This document shows positions 50,493 to 63,632 of a stretch of 64,000 bases of DNA, in pieces (position 1 is the first letter of the stretch; every line of letters starts with the position of its first letter). Under the pieces are notes generated by a model. The model ran no database searches. It was not told the DNA's origin and was given only the letters and a program-made list of their open reading frames with translations. The stretch is from Mustelus asterias. Its lineage: Eukaryota. Both the position numbers and the translations under genes were made by a program. The DNA lies in NCBI RefSeq assembly GCF_964213995.1, contig NC_135805.1, positions 22,816,001-22,880,000 of the forward strand, given 5' to 3'.

Positions 50493-51189
50493 CCTTAGCT
50501 GGTCTGGCCTACAAGCCCACAACAATATGGTTGACTCTTAAATGCCCTCTAAAATGCTCAGGGATGGGCAAAAAATGCTGGCCCAGCCAATGACACCCAC
50601 GCCCCATGAATGAATAAAAAGAGGCTGGAAGAGGGAAGGCTAAGGTGGGAAGCATTGAACCTGGAGAAAACAGCAGAAGTGAAGAGTGGCAGTGAGGGCA
50701 GAGAGGCGTGTGCTATAGCAGAAATGGAAGTGAGCCCTGTTTCTGATGAAGAATAAAGAGTTGAAAAGTCATTTTGCGGCCTCATCGGGTGAGGTGGTTG
50801 GTTCAGCCTGAGACAGTGTGCAAGGGGGAAGATGGCTAGGGAATGCAGGTTTAATTATCAAGTGCTATTACAGTTGCTGCGACTAGAAAGATTAGCTCAA
50901 GTGGCAATACAATGTTATGAGGCAGTTGTTTACAAAGTCTGACATTTGTTGCGCGTACATTATTGCACACGCAACAGCAGACATTGAATTCTAGTACTGC
51001 CCCTGAGCACTCGATCTAAATCGGGGCTAATAACCACAGCCAGGATTCAGCTGCAAGATTTGCAGGAATGTGGAATGCGCTATCCCGGAAGATGCAGAAT
51101 TAATTTGGGTGTTCAAAAAGGAGGGTTAATACGTCACCTGAGATTTTAGGTCCTCAGTGTGGAGAGTTGGGGAATGTTACACACTTTGA

Positions 51190-51483
51190 GTGGCACAGTG
51201 GTTAGCACTGTTGCCTCACAGCGCCAGGGACCCGGGTTCAATTCCGGCCTCAGGTCACTGTGGAGTTTGCACGTTCTCCCTATGTCTGTGTGGGTTTCTT
51301 CCTGGTGCTCCGGTTTCCTCCCACAGTCCAAAGATGTGCGGATTAGGTTGATTGGCTATGCTAAATTACCCCATAATGTCGGGGGGATTAGTGGGTAAAA
51401 TAGTTGGGGATAGGGTGGGATAGTTGCCGGTGCAGGCTCGATGGGCCGAGTGGCCTCCTCCTGTACTGTAGGGATTCTATGAT
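51190..51483 (+). mobile_element. HE1/V-SINE-like SINE, near full length
   Basis: TGGCACAGTGGTTAGCAC (A box), GGTTCAATTCC (B box), V domain, CR1-like tail GGGCCGAGTGGCCTCC...TTCTATGA. Confidence 0.9.
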
Positions 51484-51877
51484 GATCTTGGAAGAAATGT
51501 TGAACTTGTGATACCTCTGCCCAAAGATGGATGGACATTGTGTAATGGATTGTAAAGGATGGGTAGTTAAGAACATCAATGGGTATTTCTTGTCTTCTAT
51601 ACCCTAGGAAAAGGCTTTACAAAGAATCATTTTTGGCTCTGCCTGGTAATTTAGTGTATAAGATGAGACATGGTTTTTAATAAAAGTTAACATCTTGGGC
51701 AGGCTACATTATACCGCAGCCAGTGCTTGCCAAAGCCACTTCCCCACATCCCAACCCCAACTCCATCGACAAGTTGTTTGATGGAGACAGGAATCCCACT
51801 GGTAGCCATAGTTGTATCTGGAAGGGTCATTAGAATTCTGGACTATATATACCAGCTAAAACTGAAAATCCTGCTTT

Positions 51878-52268
51878 GATTAGATTTATTATTGTCACAT
51901 GTATTGGCATAAAGTGAATATTGTTTCTTGCACGCTATTCAGACAAAGCATGCCATTTATTGAGTACATAGGGGAGAAGGAAAGGAGAGGGTGCAGAATG
52001 TAGTGTTACAGTCATAGCTAGGGTGTAGAGAAAGATCAACTTAATGCGAGATAGGACCATTCAAAAGTCTGATGGCAGCAGGGAAAAAGCTGTTCTTGAG
52101 CTGGTTGGTACGTGACCTCAGACTTTTGTATCTTTTTCCTGACGGAAGAAAAGTATGTCTGGGGTGCGTGGGGTCCTTAATTATGCTGGCTGCTTTTCCG
52201 AGGCAGCAGGACGCGTAGACAGAGCCAATGAATGGGAAGCTGGTTTGCGTGATGGACTGGGTTATGTT
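51878..52268 (-). mobile_element. Rex1/Babar-type LINE 3' end
   Basis: ORF 52041-52319 (KAASIIKDPTHP...NSFFPAAIRLLN). Confidence 0.85.
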
Positions 52269-53039
52269 CTCGGTAAGAACATTAATGAGAACTTGAAAGT
52301 ATAAGGTAAGAACAGTCATGGCTAATAAAATGCTGGAACTGGTTAACAGACCTAGTGGCCTTCTCTTGTTACTGTGTTTGTATCTCCAGATCCGTGTACA
52401 GGTTTCACAGTAAGGGATAGTTGACCTTATCTGTAATATTCCAGTTGCTTAGGTAAAGTTTATTTTTAGTCTCACTTAAGCCCTGATTAGCTCTGAACAA
52501 AAGGGGATTGTAAGATATCCCTTGCGGACAGTAATCTCCTCAAGGCGTGTACAAATTACATTGTCAAAAATAGTGGTCTTTTTTTAAATTGCATGCAGCA
52601 TGAGGGTGTGTGGAGGGTGCAATTTCCTGCAATCAGGATAATGCAGGTAATCAGATCCAGACAGGAATGTTTCAACTGTTTAATACGGGAATTGTAGACA
52701 TCCCGGGGAGGAAAAGCAAACCGGCTTCTAAAAGGGAATGATGAGGAGATCCTCTTATCTGGGATGGCTCGAGGAGCTTGAATGTCTGGTAATTGGATCA
52801 AGAACGTTTCCTGACATGTGTAATACAGTTTCAAGCCAGCTTGTATTTTAGTATCGAAGAGTTGGTTTTATTCTGGCGTTGAGTAAAGAGCTCTACAGAT
52901 CCTAGAATCAAACCAATTTACAAGATGTTGAGGCACAAAGTGGTGGATTGGGGATAGGGATGGAAGCTGAGTTTGGGACTGAGCTGTACTCGGGTAGGAC
53001 TTGGTCTGAGGTTAATAGAGGAGGCAGAACAACACATCA

Positions 53040-54985
53040 TTAACTCAGTGGAAGAGGAGGCTCCACAGATACCCCCATCCTCAATGATGGAGGAGCCCAG
53101 CACCTAGAATCTCTACAGTGCAGAAGGAAACCATTCAGCCCATCGAGTCTGCACCGATCACAATCCCACTTAGGCCCTATTCCCCTGACACTATGGAGGA
53201 ATTTATCATGGCCAATCTACCTAACCCGCACATCTTTGGACTGTGGGAAGAAACCGGAGCACCCGGAGGAAACCCACACGGAAACGGGGAGAATATGCAA
53301 ACTCCACACAGACAGTGACCCAAGCCGGTACCTGGTGCTGTGAGGCAGCAATTCTAACCATTGTGCCACCATGCCGCCCTATCATCAGTACAAAAGATAA
53401 GGCTGAAGCATTGCAACAATCTTCATCCAGAAGTACCGAGTTGATGATCTATCTCAGACTCCTCCAGAGGTCTCCAGCCTATTCAATTCACTCCACGTGT
53501 TATCAAGAAATGGCTGAAGGCACTGGATACTGTAAAGGCACTGGGCCCTCTTAACATTCCGGCAATAGTACTGAAGACTTGTGCTCCAGAACTTGCCATG
53601 CCCCAAGCCAAGCTGTTCCAGTACAGTTACAACATTGGCATCTACCCAACAATGTGGAAAATTGCCCAGGTATGTCCTGTACACAAGAAACAAGACAAAT
53701 CCAACCTGGCCAATTACCGCCCCATTAGTCTACTCTAGACCATTAGTAAAGCGATGGAACCTGCTCAGCAATAACCTGCTCACAGAAGTTCAGTTTGGTT
53801 CCGCCAGGGTCACTCAACATCTGACCTCTACAAAAAGTGATGAATGCCAGAGGTGCGATGAGAATAATTGCCCTTGACATCAAGGCAGCATTTGACTGAG
53901 TGTGGCATCAAGGAGCCTTAGGAAAACCGGAATCAATGGGAATTATGGTGAAAACTCTCCCATTGGTTGGAGTCATACCTGGCACAAAGGAATATGGTTG
54001 TGGTGGTTGGAGGCCAATCCTCTCAGTTCCAGGACATCATTGCAGGAGTTCCTCAGAGTAGTGTCCTAGGCCCAACCATCTTCAGCTGCTTCATCAGTGA
54101 CCTTCCTTCCATCATATAGAGATGGAGAGGTTTGTAGTTGATCGTGCAATGCCCAGTCAGCACTATTCGTGACTTCTCAGATACTGAAGCAGTCTATGCC
54201 CAAATGCAGCAAGATCGGGACAATATCCAGGCTTGGGCTGACAATTGGCAAGTAAGATTCACACCACACAAGTGTGAACCATCTCCGACAAGAGAGAATC
54301 TAACCATTGCCCCTTGACATTCAATGGCATTACTATCACTGCAGCACCCACTATCAACATCCTGGAGGTTACCACTGACCAGAAACTGAACTGGACTAGC
54401 CATATAAATACTGTGGCGACCAAAGCAGGTCAAAAGTTAGGAATCCTGCGACGTATAACTCATCTACTCACTCTCCAAAGCCTGTCCACCGTCTATGAGG
54501 CACAAGTCAGAAAAATGATGGAATATTCTCCATTTGCCTGGATGGGTGCAGCTTCAACAATACTCAAGAAGCTTGACAACATCCAGGACAAAGCAGCCCG
54601 CTTGATTGTTACCCCTTCCACACACATTCACTCTCTCCACCACTGACGAACAGTAGCAGCTGTGTGTGCCACCTACAAGATACACTGCGGGAACTCACCA
54701 AGGCTCCTTGGGCAGCACCTTCCAAACCATCTAATGGACAAGAGCAGCAGATGCATTGGAACGCCTGGTACTGCCCTTCCAAGCGACTCAACATCCTGAC
54801 TTGGAAACATACCATAGTTCCTTAGCAGTCACTGGGTCAAAATCCTGGAATGCCCTCCCTAACAGCACTGTGGGTGTACGTACACCTCAGGGACTGCAGC
54901 AGTTCAGGCAACTTAGCACCACCTTCTGAAGGGCACCAAGGAATGGGCAACAAATGCTGGCCTAGCCAGCAACAACTGCATTCTG
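53040..54985 (+). mobile_element. Degenerate CR1/L2-group LINE of a distinct family, with a SINE nested at ~53105-53378 (minus)
   Basis: NYRPISLL, LDIKAAFD, GVPQ.SVLGP.IF and YEAQVR..MEYS motifs. Its 3' end ATGGGCAACAAATGCTGGCCTAGCCAGC is shared with SINE family 2. Confidence 0.85.
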
Positions 54986-55295
54986 TAGAATCCTACAGTC
55001 TAGAAGGAGGCCATTAGGCCCATCGAGTCTGCACTGACCACATACCCACCCAGGCCCTATCCCCATAACCCCATGCATTTACCCTAGCTAATCCCCCTGA
55101 TACTAAGGGGCAATTTAGCATAGCCAATCAACCTAACTCGCACACCTTTGGACTATGGGAGGAAACCAGAGCGCCCGGAGGAAACCCACGCAGACATGGG
55201 GAGAATGTGCAAACTCCACACAGTCATCCGAGGCCAGAATTGAACCTAGGTGCTGTGAGGCTGCAGTGCTAATCACTGTGCCACCGTACTGCCCT
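54986..55295 (-). mobile_element. HE1/V-SINE-like SINE
   Basis: Reverse complement of the 51190-51483 family. Confidence 0.85.
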
Positions 55296-55754
55296 GTAAA
55301 TGAATAAAAAATAAACTTACATGTTACAGGACATTAAATGATTATTTGAACAGAAACAATGTGCAGGGGTACGGGGAAAAAGTCAGGGGAATGGCACTAA
55401 GTTATGAAGCTCGTTTGGAGAGCTGGTGTAGACATGATGGGCCGAATGGCCTCTGCTGTAGCAATTCTGTGATTCTGTATTAAGTAAACGGAGTTTTTGA
55501 TGAGGTGACAGAGAGGATTGATGAGGGTAATGCTGTTGATAGATTGTACATGAACTTCCAAAAGGACATTTAATAAAGTTCTGTACAACATGTGAAAAGT
55601 GAATACTCATGGAATAAAAGGGAAGGTCCAAACATGAACATGAAATTGGCCAACTGACAGGAAACGGTGTTAATGGATGTTTCTCACTCTGGAGCCAAAT
55701 GGAGTTTCCCGGGTGTTTAAAGTTTATTGATTAGTGTCATAAGTAGGCTTACAT

Positions 55755-58700
55755 AAGAACATAAGAAATAGGAGCAGGAGTAGGCCATCTAGCCCCTCGA
55801 TCCTGCCCCGCCATTCAATAAGATCATGGCTGATCTGAAGTGGATCAGTTCCACTTACCCGTCTGATCCCTATAACCCCTAATTCCCTTACCGATCAAGA
55901 ATCCATCTATCCGTGATTTAAACAAATTCAACGAGGTAGCCTCCACCACTTCAGTGGGCAGAGAATTCCAGAGATTCACCACCCTCTGAGAGAAGAAGTT
56001 CCTCCTCAACTCTGTCCTAAACTGACCCCCCTTTATTTTGAGGCTGTGCCCTCTGGTTCTAGTTTCCTTTCCAAGTGGAAAGAATCTCTCCACCTCTACC
56101 CTATCCAGCCCCTTCATTATCTTATAGGTCTCTATAAGATTCACCCCTCAGCCTTCTAAATTCCAACGAGCACAAACCCAATCTGCTCAGTCTCTCCTCA
56201 TAATCAACACCCCTCATCTCCGGTATCAACCTGGTGAACTTCTCTGCACTCCCTCCAAGGCCAATGTATCCTTCTGCAAATAAGGGGACCAATAAAATGT
56301 TCAAATGTTTTAGTCGAAGTAGGGAAGGAGGTAGAAGAGGGGGAGGGGTAGCATTATTGGTCAGAGATTGTATCACAGTGTCAGAGAGGAGGTTTGATGA
56401 GGACTTATCTGTTGAGGTAGTATGGGCGGAGATTAGAAATAGGAGAGGAGAGGTCACCCTGTTGGGAGTCTTTTATAGACCTCCTAAAAGTTCTAGAGAG
56501 GTTGAGGAAAGGATTGCGGAGTCAATCCTGCTTAGGAGTGAAAGTAATAGGGCAATTGTTATGGGGGATTTTAACTTGACTAATATTGACTGGAATTGTT
56601 ATAGCTCTAGCTCGTTAGAGGGGTCAGTTTTTGTTCAAAGCGTGCAGGAAGGTTTTTTGACTCAGTATGTAGACAGGCCAACTAGAGGTGAGGCTATATT
56701 GGATCTGGTGCTGGGAAATGAGCCAGACCAGGTGCTAGACTTGGAAGTTGGTGTGCATTTTGGTGATAGTGACCACAATTCGGTTACGTTCACCTTAGTG
56801 ATGGAAAGGGATAGGCATGAACCTCGGGCCAGTGGTTTTAGCTGGGGGAAGGGTAATTATGAGGCTATTAGGAGAGAATTAGGAAACATAGGTTGGACTA
56901 GGAGATTACAGGGACTGGGAACGTCCGACATGTGGAGTTTTTTCAAGGAGCAGCTACTGCGAGTCTGTGATAGGTATGTCCCTGTCAGGCAAGGAGGAAT
57001 TGGTAGGGCTAGGGAACCGTGGTGCACCAAAAAAGTTTATTTGTTGGTTAAAAAGAAAAAGGAGGCTTATGTTCGGATGAGACGTGAGCACTCGGGTAGT
57101 GCACTAGAAAGCTTTAGATTGGCTAAGAGGGAGTTGAAGAGCGAGCTTAGAAGGGCTAAAAGGGGACATGAGAAGACTTTGGCGGATAGGGTTAAAGAGA
57201 ATCCTAAGGCGTTCTATAGGTATGTCAAGAACAGAAGGTTGGTTAGGGCAAGTTTAGGGCCAGTTATAGATGGCAGAGGGAAGTTATGTGTGGAACCGGA
57301 GGAGATTGGTGAAGCATTGAACCAATATTTCTCTTCGGTGTTCACGCAAGGGGACATGAATATAGCTGAGGAGGACACTGGGTTGCAAGGGAGTAGAATA
57401 GACAGTATTACAGTTGATAAGGAGGATGTGCAGGATATTCTGGAGGGTCTGAAAATAGATAAATCCCCTGGTCCGGATGGGATTTATCCAAGGATTCTCT
57501 GGGAGGCAAGAGAAGTGATTGCAGAGCCTCTGGCTCTGATCTTCAGGTCGTCGTTGGCCTCTGGTATAGTACCAGAAGATTGGAGGTTAGCGAATGTTGT
57601 CCCATTGTTTAAGAAGGGGAACAGAGACTTCCCCGGGAATTATAGACCGGTGAGTCTCACTTCTGTTGTCGGCAAGATGTTGGAAAAAATTATAAGGGAT
57701 AGGATTTATAGTTATTTGGAGAGTAATGAATTGATAGGTGATAGTCAGCATGGTTTTGTGGCAGGTAGGTCGTGCCTTACTAACCTTATTGAGTTTTTTG
57801 AGAAAGTGACCAAGGAGGTGGATGGGGGCAAGGCAGTGGACGTGGTATATATGGATTTTAGTAAGGCGTTTGATAAGGTTCACCATGGTAGGCTTCTGCA
57901 GAAAATGCAGATGTATGGGATTGGGGGTGATCTAGGAAATTGGATCAGGAATTGGCTAGCGGATAGGAAACAGAGGGTGGTGGTTGATAGTAAATATTCA
58001 TCATGGAGTGCGGTTACAAGTGGTGTACCTCAGGGATCTGTTTTGGGGCCACTGCTGTTTGTAATATTTATTAATGATCTGGATGAGGGTATAGTTGGGT
58101 GGATTAGCAAATTTGCTGATGACACCAAAGTCGGTGGTGTGGTAGACAGTGAGGAAGGGTGTCGTAGTTTGCAGGAAGACTTAGACAGGTTGCAAAGTTG
58201 GGCCGAGAGGTGGCGGATGGAGTTTAATGCGGAGAAGTGTGAGGTAATTCACTTTGGTAGGAATAACAGATGTGTTGAGTATAGGGCTAACGGGAGGACT
58301 TTGAATAGTGTGGAGGAGCAGAGGGATCTAGGTGTATGTGTGCATAGATCCCTGAAAGTTGGGAATCAAGTAGATAAGGTTGTTAAGAAGGCATATGGTG
58401 TCTTGGCGTTTATTGGTAGGGGGATTGAATTTAGGAGTCGTAGCGTTATGTTGCAACTGTACACAACTCTGGTGCGGCCGCACTTGGAGTACTGTGTGCA
58501 GTTCTGGTCCCCACATTACAGGAAGGATGTGGAGGCTTTGGAGAGGGTGCAGAGGAGGTTTACCAGGATGTTGCCTGGTATGGAGGGGAGATCCTATGAG
58601 GAGAGGCTGAGGGATTTGGGATTGTTTTCGCTGGAAAGGCGGCGGCTAAGAGGGGATCTTATTGAAACATATAAGATGATTAGAGGTTTAGATAGGGTGG

Positions 58701-59171
58701 ATAGTGATAGCCTTTTTCCTCTGATGGAGAAATCCAGCACGAGGGGGCATGGCTTTAAATTGAGGGGGGGTAGTTATAGAACCGATGTCAGGGGTAGGTT
58801 CTTTACCCAGAGGGTGGTGAGGGATTGGAATGCCCTGCCAGCATCAGTAGTAAATGCGCCTAGTTTGGGGGCGTTTAAGAGATCCGTAGATAGGTTCATG
58901 GATGAAAAGAAATTGGTTTAGGTTGGAGGGTCACAGTTTTTTTTTTAACTGGTCGGTGCAACATCGTGGGCCGAAGGGCCTGTTCTGCGCTGTAATGTTC
59001 TATGTTCTATGTTCTATGTTCTAATACTGCACACAGTATTCCAGCTGCGGCCTCACCAATGCCCTGTACAGATGCAGCAAGACATCTCTGCTTTTATATT
59101 CTATCCCCCTTGTGATATAGGCCAACATCCCATTTGCCTTCTTGATCACCTGTTGCACCTGCAGACTGGGT
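55755..59171 (-). mobile_element. Short CR1 3' fragment (subfamily of 28400-30031), split by the insertion at 56295-59022
   Basis: GGGGACCAATA|...|AATACTGCACACAG rejoins to match 28929-28960. Flanked by GCTTACAT at 55747-55754 and 59179-59186. Confidence 0.9.
56295..59022 (+). mobile_element. Young CR1 LINE with ~875 uninterrupted ORF2 codons (partial APE endonuclease plus full RT), 5'-truncated
   Basis: GGGVAL, YRPP, MGDFN, LDL, SDHN, GVPQGSVLGP and FADD motifs. (GTTCTAT)n tail. TSD AATA. Confidence 0.96.
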
Positions 59172-59178
59172 AACATCA

Positions 59179-59450
59179 GCTTACATCAATTCTGTAATGA
59201 AGTTACTGTGAAAATCCCCTAGTCGCCACACTCCGGTGCCTGTTCAGGTACACTGAGGGAGAATTTAGCATAGCCAATGCACCTAACCAGCACTTCTTTC
59301 AGACTGTGGGAGGAAACCGGAGCACCCGGAGGAAATCCACCCAGACACGCGGAGCACGTGCAGAGTCCACACAGACAGTGACCCAAGCTGGGAATCGAAC
59401 CCAGGTCCCTGGCGCTGTGAGGCAGCAGTGTTAACCACCGTGCCACCCTG
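59179..59450 (-). mobile_element. V-SINE-like element whose 3' end is displaced to 55717-55754
   Basis: Matches 45815-46110 once the nested LINEs are removed. Confidence 0.85.
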
Positions 59451-59784
59451 TTGGTGTTCGAATCCCTGGTCTTCCTGATGGATTTAAATATCCTGGACCT
59501 TTGTGTACAGGGCACCATTTTCAAATTTTGAAAGATGACACAGAATGTGTTTAGGACATTGGTTTAGGTTTAACTGGTGTATTGCATCCAGTACTGGGCG
59601 CCAGACTTTCGGAAGGATGTGAAGGCACTCGAGGGTCATGAGAATGGTTCCAGGGATGAGAAACTTCAGTTACGGAGATAGATTGGTGAGGTTAGCACAA
59701 GATGCAAAACGCTGGGATCTGAGGGCTGGGTGGGGGTGGGTTGAAGGGGGTTGGGTAGGGGGTTGAGAGGTGGGGTGGTGCATA

Positions 59785-60385
59785 GGATCATCATATGAGG
59801 AGAGACTAAGTCGGTTAGGATTATATTCACTGGAGTTTAGAAGAGTGAGAGGGGATCTCATAGAAACTTATAAAATTCTAACAGGGTTAGACAGGCTGGA
59901 TTCAGAAAGAATGTTTCTGTTAGTGGGGAAGTCCAGAACTAAATTAAAAGTTTATTTATCAGTCACAAGTAGGCTTACATTAACACTGCGATGAAGTTAC
60001 TGTGAAAATCCCCTAGACGCCACACTCCAGCACCTGTTCAGGTACACTGAGGGAGAATTTTGCATGGCCAATCCACCTAACTTAGGGGAGAACTAGTTTG
60101 AGGATAAGATGTAAACCTTTTGGAGGTGAGGTGAGGAGAAATTTCTTCACCCAGAGGGTCGTGATTCTATGGAATTCACTACCACAGAATGTAGTTGAGG
60201 CCAAAACATTGTCTGTTTTCAAGGAGAAATTAGATATATCTCTTGGGGCTAAAGGGATCAAGGAATATGGGAGGAAGGGGGAGGATCAGGATATTGAATT
60301 CGATGATCAGCCATGATCAAAATGAATGGTGGGGCAGGCTGGAAGGGCCGAATGGCCTACTCCTGCTTCCAGTTTCTATGTTGTT
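59785..60385 (+). mobile_element. CR1 3' fragment with a SINE tail (59941-60081, minus) inserted
   Basis: YEERLSRLGLYSLEFRR before the SINE piece and FFTQRV..LWNSLP after it. Confidence 0.82.
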
Positions 60386-60459
60386 GGAAATGGAATTCCC
60401 GTCATTCTGAGCAGCAGCCAGAGCTGAAAGACTGGCTTGAAAGAAAATCAGAATTGTCA

Positions 60460-60881
60460 GTATCACCAATTGAGAGTCGGATCCCCTGCTTTCAACCTGT
60501 GGGCAGCCTCGTGGTTGCAATTTCTTTGTAAAAGCTGCCTGGAAACCCACAAAGCTGCCTGACGGTCAGAGGCTGAGGGCTTTCTTTTAAAGCTCGCGTG
60601 TTAGCTTTTACCTGGAAGTTTCAAAGGCGCGTTGAACATAATCTATCGGAGAAACCAATGAGACAAGATTGTGCGTTCAGTGCTCGGATCAGCCAGTGTG
60701 AACTTGCGTCTCCTCCAGAGACAAAGCATATGATTGGAGGAGCAGCGAGGGTGGGAGAGAGGAAACTGCGTCCTGGCCAATCCCGCTGGCCATCACGCAG
60801 GGTTTGTTCAGCCGCGTTGAATGATTTGCAGTGACATCTTTCGGGAGAACAAGGCGAAGGCACAGAAACTGAAAGGTGAGG
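60460..60881 (+). promoter_or_regulatory. Candidate promoter / non-coding first exon of a downstream gene
   Basis: TE-free and relatively CpG-rich. CCAAT at 60466 and 60655, ATTGG at 60733, consensus donor AAG|GTGAGG at 60875/60876. Confidence 0.4.
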
Positions 60882-61154
60882 GGAGGGGGGTCGCCGCTGG
60901 TTACAAGGCCTAGTGGGAGTTGTAAGTCAGCCTCGTGCCAGGCCCAACCCAGATATCGCCTGCAGTAACTCGCCACTCCCAGGGAAGGGGAACTTTGCTT
61001 CCCATGACACTGAGTTATCTGAAGCGAAGGGAGTGAACTCTGTGTCACTTCATGCGGGGAGGGAGCTTCAGAAATAACAAATGATTTGGTACAATGCCCT
61101 CTCCTCCTCTCCTCCCTTCCTTCCATCCCTCCTTCTCTTCTTCAACTCTCCAGC

Positions 61155-61925
61155 AATGGAACAATGCGAGCTGCATCTCACCAATAATCTCTCCCTCAAT
61201 GTCAATGAAACGAAGGAGATTGTCTTCGACTTCAGAAAGCATTTTGAAGAACATGCCCCTGTTTACAGCAATGGGGATGAAGTAGAAATGGTCAAAAGCT
61301 TCGAGTTTTTAGGTGTCCAGATCACCAACAACCTGTCCTGGTTCCCCCCATGCCGACACTATAGTTAAGAAACCCCACCAATGCCTCTACTTTCTCAGAA
61401 GACTAAGGAGATTTGGCATGTCAACTGCAACTCTCACCAACTTTTACAGATGCACCATAGAAAGCATTGTTTCTGGTTGTATCACAGCTTGGTATGGCTC
61501 CTGCTCTGTCTAAGACCGCAAGGAACTACAAAGGGTTGTGAATGTAACCCAGTCCATCACGCAAACCAGCCTCCCATCCACTAACTACGTCTATAGTTCC
61601 CGCTGCCTCGGAAAAGCAGCCAACATGATCAAGGACTCCATGCACCCCGAACATTCTCTCTCCCACCTTCTTCCATTGGGGAAAATATACAAAAGTCTGA
61701 GGTCACGTACCAACCGACTCAAGAACAGCTTCTTCCCTGCTGCCATCAGACTTTTGAATGGCCTTACTTATATTAAGTTGACCTTTCCCTACACCCTAGC
61801 TATGACTGTAACACTACATTCTGCATTTTCTCCTTTCCTTCTCTATGAACAGTATGTTTTGTCTGTATAGCACGCAAGAAACAATATTTTTCACTATGTT
61901 AATACATGTGACAATAAATCCAAAT
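61155..61925 (+). mobile_element. Rex1/Babar-type LINE 3' portion
   Basis: NNLSLNV..TKEIV.DFRK, FLG..ITNNLSW and NSFFPAAIRLLN motifs. Same 3' UTR as 43260-43410. Confidence 0.88.
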
Positions 61926-62015
61926 GGAAAAGGTCTTTTCTATCCTGTACAGTTAACTGAAATACATTAAACAAAATGTTGCAATCTGGGTTACAGGTAT
62001 TTAATTTTCCCCCAG

Positions 62016-62109
62016 ATCTGATTGCAGCGTCACCATGTCCGGATGGTACAATGCGCAGAACATGTTAATAAGGCAGCCACTGAAGTCGGTGTTATTCTCT
62101 GCAGTGCAA
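62016..62109 (+). CDS. Candidate first coding exon of an unidentified gene (ATG at 62035: MSGWYNAQNMLIRQPLKSVLFSAVQ)
   Basis: TTAATTTTCCCCCAG acceptor, Kozak-like GTCACCATG, CAA|GTAACT donor. No homology recognised. Confidence 0.3.
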
Positions 62110-62177
62110 GTAACTAACGGGATATTTTCTGTGCAATTAACAATATTGCATGATGCTGTTGAAATGCAACTTGTACA

Positions 62178-62672
62178 AAGAACAATGCAGCAAAGGAACA
62201 GACCCTTCGGCCCACCAAGCTGATTCCTAACCCTTATTTAGGCCCACTACTTCATGCCCATGCTCGGTTTCTATCCCTCTGTTCACCTCCTTTAGTGTAT
62301 CTATCAAGATACACCTTGACCGTTGCTAATGTGCCTGCTTCCACCACCTCCTCTGACAGTGCCTTCCACCACTCTCTGTGTAAAAAACTTCCCCGCACGT
62401 CTCTCCTAAATTTACCACTTCTCACCTTGAACCTGTGCCCCCTTGTAATTGACACTTCCACCCTGGGAACAAGCCTCTGACGATCCACCCTGTCTATGCC
62501 TCTCATAATTTTGTAGACCTCTATCAGGTCTCCCCTCAGCCTCCATCTTTCCAGTGAAAACAATCCAAGATTATCCAACCTCTCCTCATAGTCAACACCC
62601 TCGAGACCAGGCAACATCCTGGTGAACCTTCTTTGCGCTGTCCAAATCTTCCACGTCCTTAGGTAGTGTGGT
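62178..62672 (-). mobile_element. CR1 LINE 3' fragment
   Basis: ORF 62252-62704 (QRRFTRMLPGLE...GDLIEVYKIMRG). Confidence 0.88.
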
Positions 62673-63065
62673 AATGTGTACTCTTTAGTTTGTTTAATAG
62701 TCATGGTGGAATCACTTATAGATCACAGACAAACTAACATTGCATTATATTGTTGCTGCGCTCAATAATGACCTATTCTCAGACATATCATACCATATTT
62801 GTAACCAGATATCAACAATGGGCCTTATTGTTTAACTCAGACCTTCCTGTGATCGCTGAATCTTGGAAGGAGGAAAAGATTAACTCAGATGATCGAAGCG
62901 GTTTGGAGAGCCTGGAAACAGGTTTCTTACCCCCTGGAACTGGATGAAGTGTTCCATCATCATGGACACAATGTGCTGATTGCCCGTCTCCTGACCATTC
63001 TGAGATTCATTTCCTTAATTTTCAACAATCATCAATTATAAATGTAATGTGGCTTTTCAATAAAA

Positions 63066-63632
63066 TACTCACACTCACTCACTCACTCACTCACTCACTC
63101 TCCACTCACTCACTCACTCACTCTCCACCCACTCACACACTCACTCACTCACACTCACTTTCACTCACTCACTCACTTTCATTCACTCACTCTCCACTCA
63201 CTCTCACTCACTCACACTCTCCACTCACTCACTCTCCACTCACTCACTCTTCACTCACTCACTCTCCACTCACTCACTCTTCACTCACTCACTCACTCAC
63301 TCAGTCTCCACTCACTCACTCACTTCACTCACTCTTCACTCACTCACTCTTCACTCACTCACTCTCCACTCACTCACTCTTCACTCACTCACTCTTCACT
63401 CACTCACTCTCCACTCACTCACTCTTCACTCACTCACTCACTCACTCACTCTCCACTCACTCACTCTCCACTCACTCACTCACTTCACTCACTCTTCACA
63501 CACTCACTCTCCACTCACTCTCTTCACTCACTCACACACTCGACACTCACTCACTCTGTCTCTCTCTCTCTGTCTCTGTCTCTCTCTCTCTCTGTCTCTG
63601 TCTCACTCTCTCTCTCTCTCACACACAGACAC
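63066..63632. repeat. Compound microsatellite: degenerate (ACTC)n, then (CT)n/(CTGTCT)n and (CA)n
   Basis: Directly visible in the sequence. Confidence 0.97.

Noticed and set aside
56234-58921. 895-aa ORF as a host gene or autonomous retroelement
   Set aside because: The first ~20 codons are antisense sequence of the flanking LINE. The rest is a 5'-truncated CR1 ORF2 without ORF1 or a promoter.
62841-62921. Exon-like segment (DLPVIAESWKEEKINSDDRSGLESLET)
   Set aside because: Weak donor (GTTTCT), and its phase is incompatible with the 62016-62109 candidate (joining gives ACC TTC CTG TGA).
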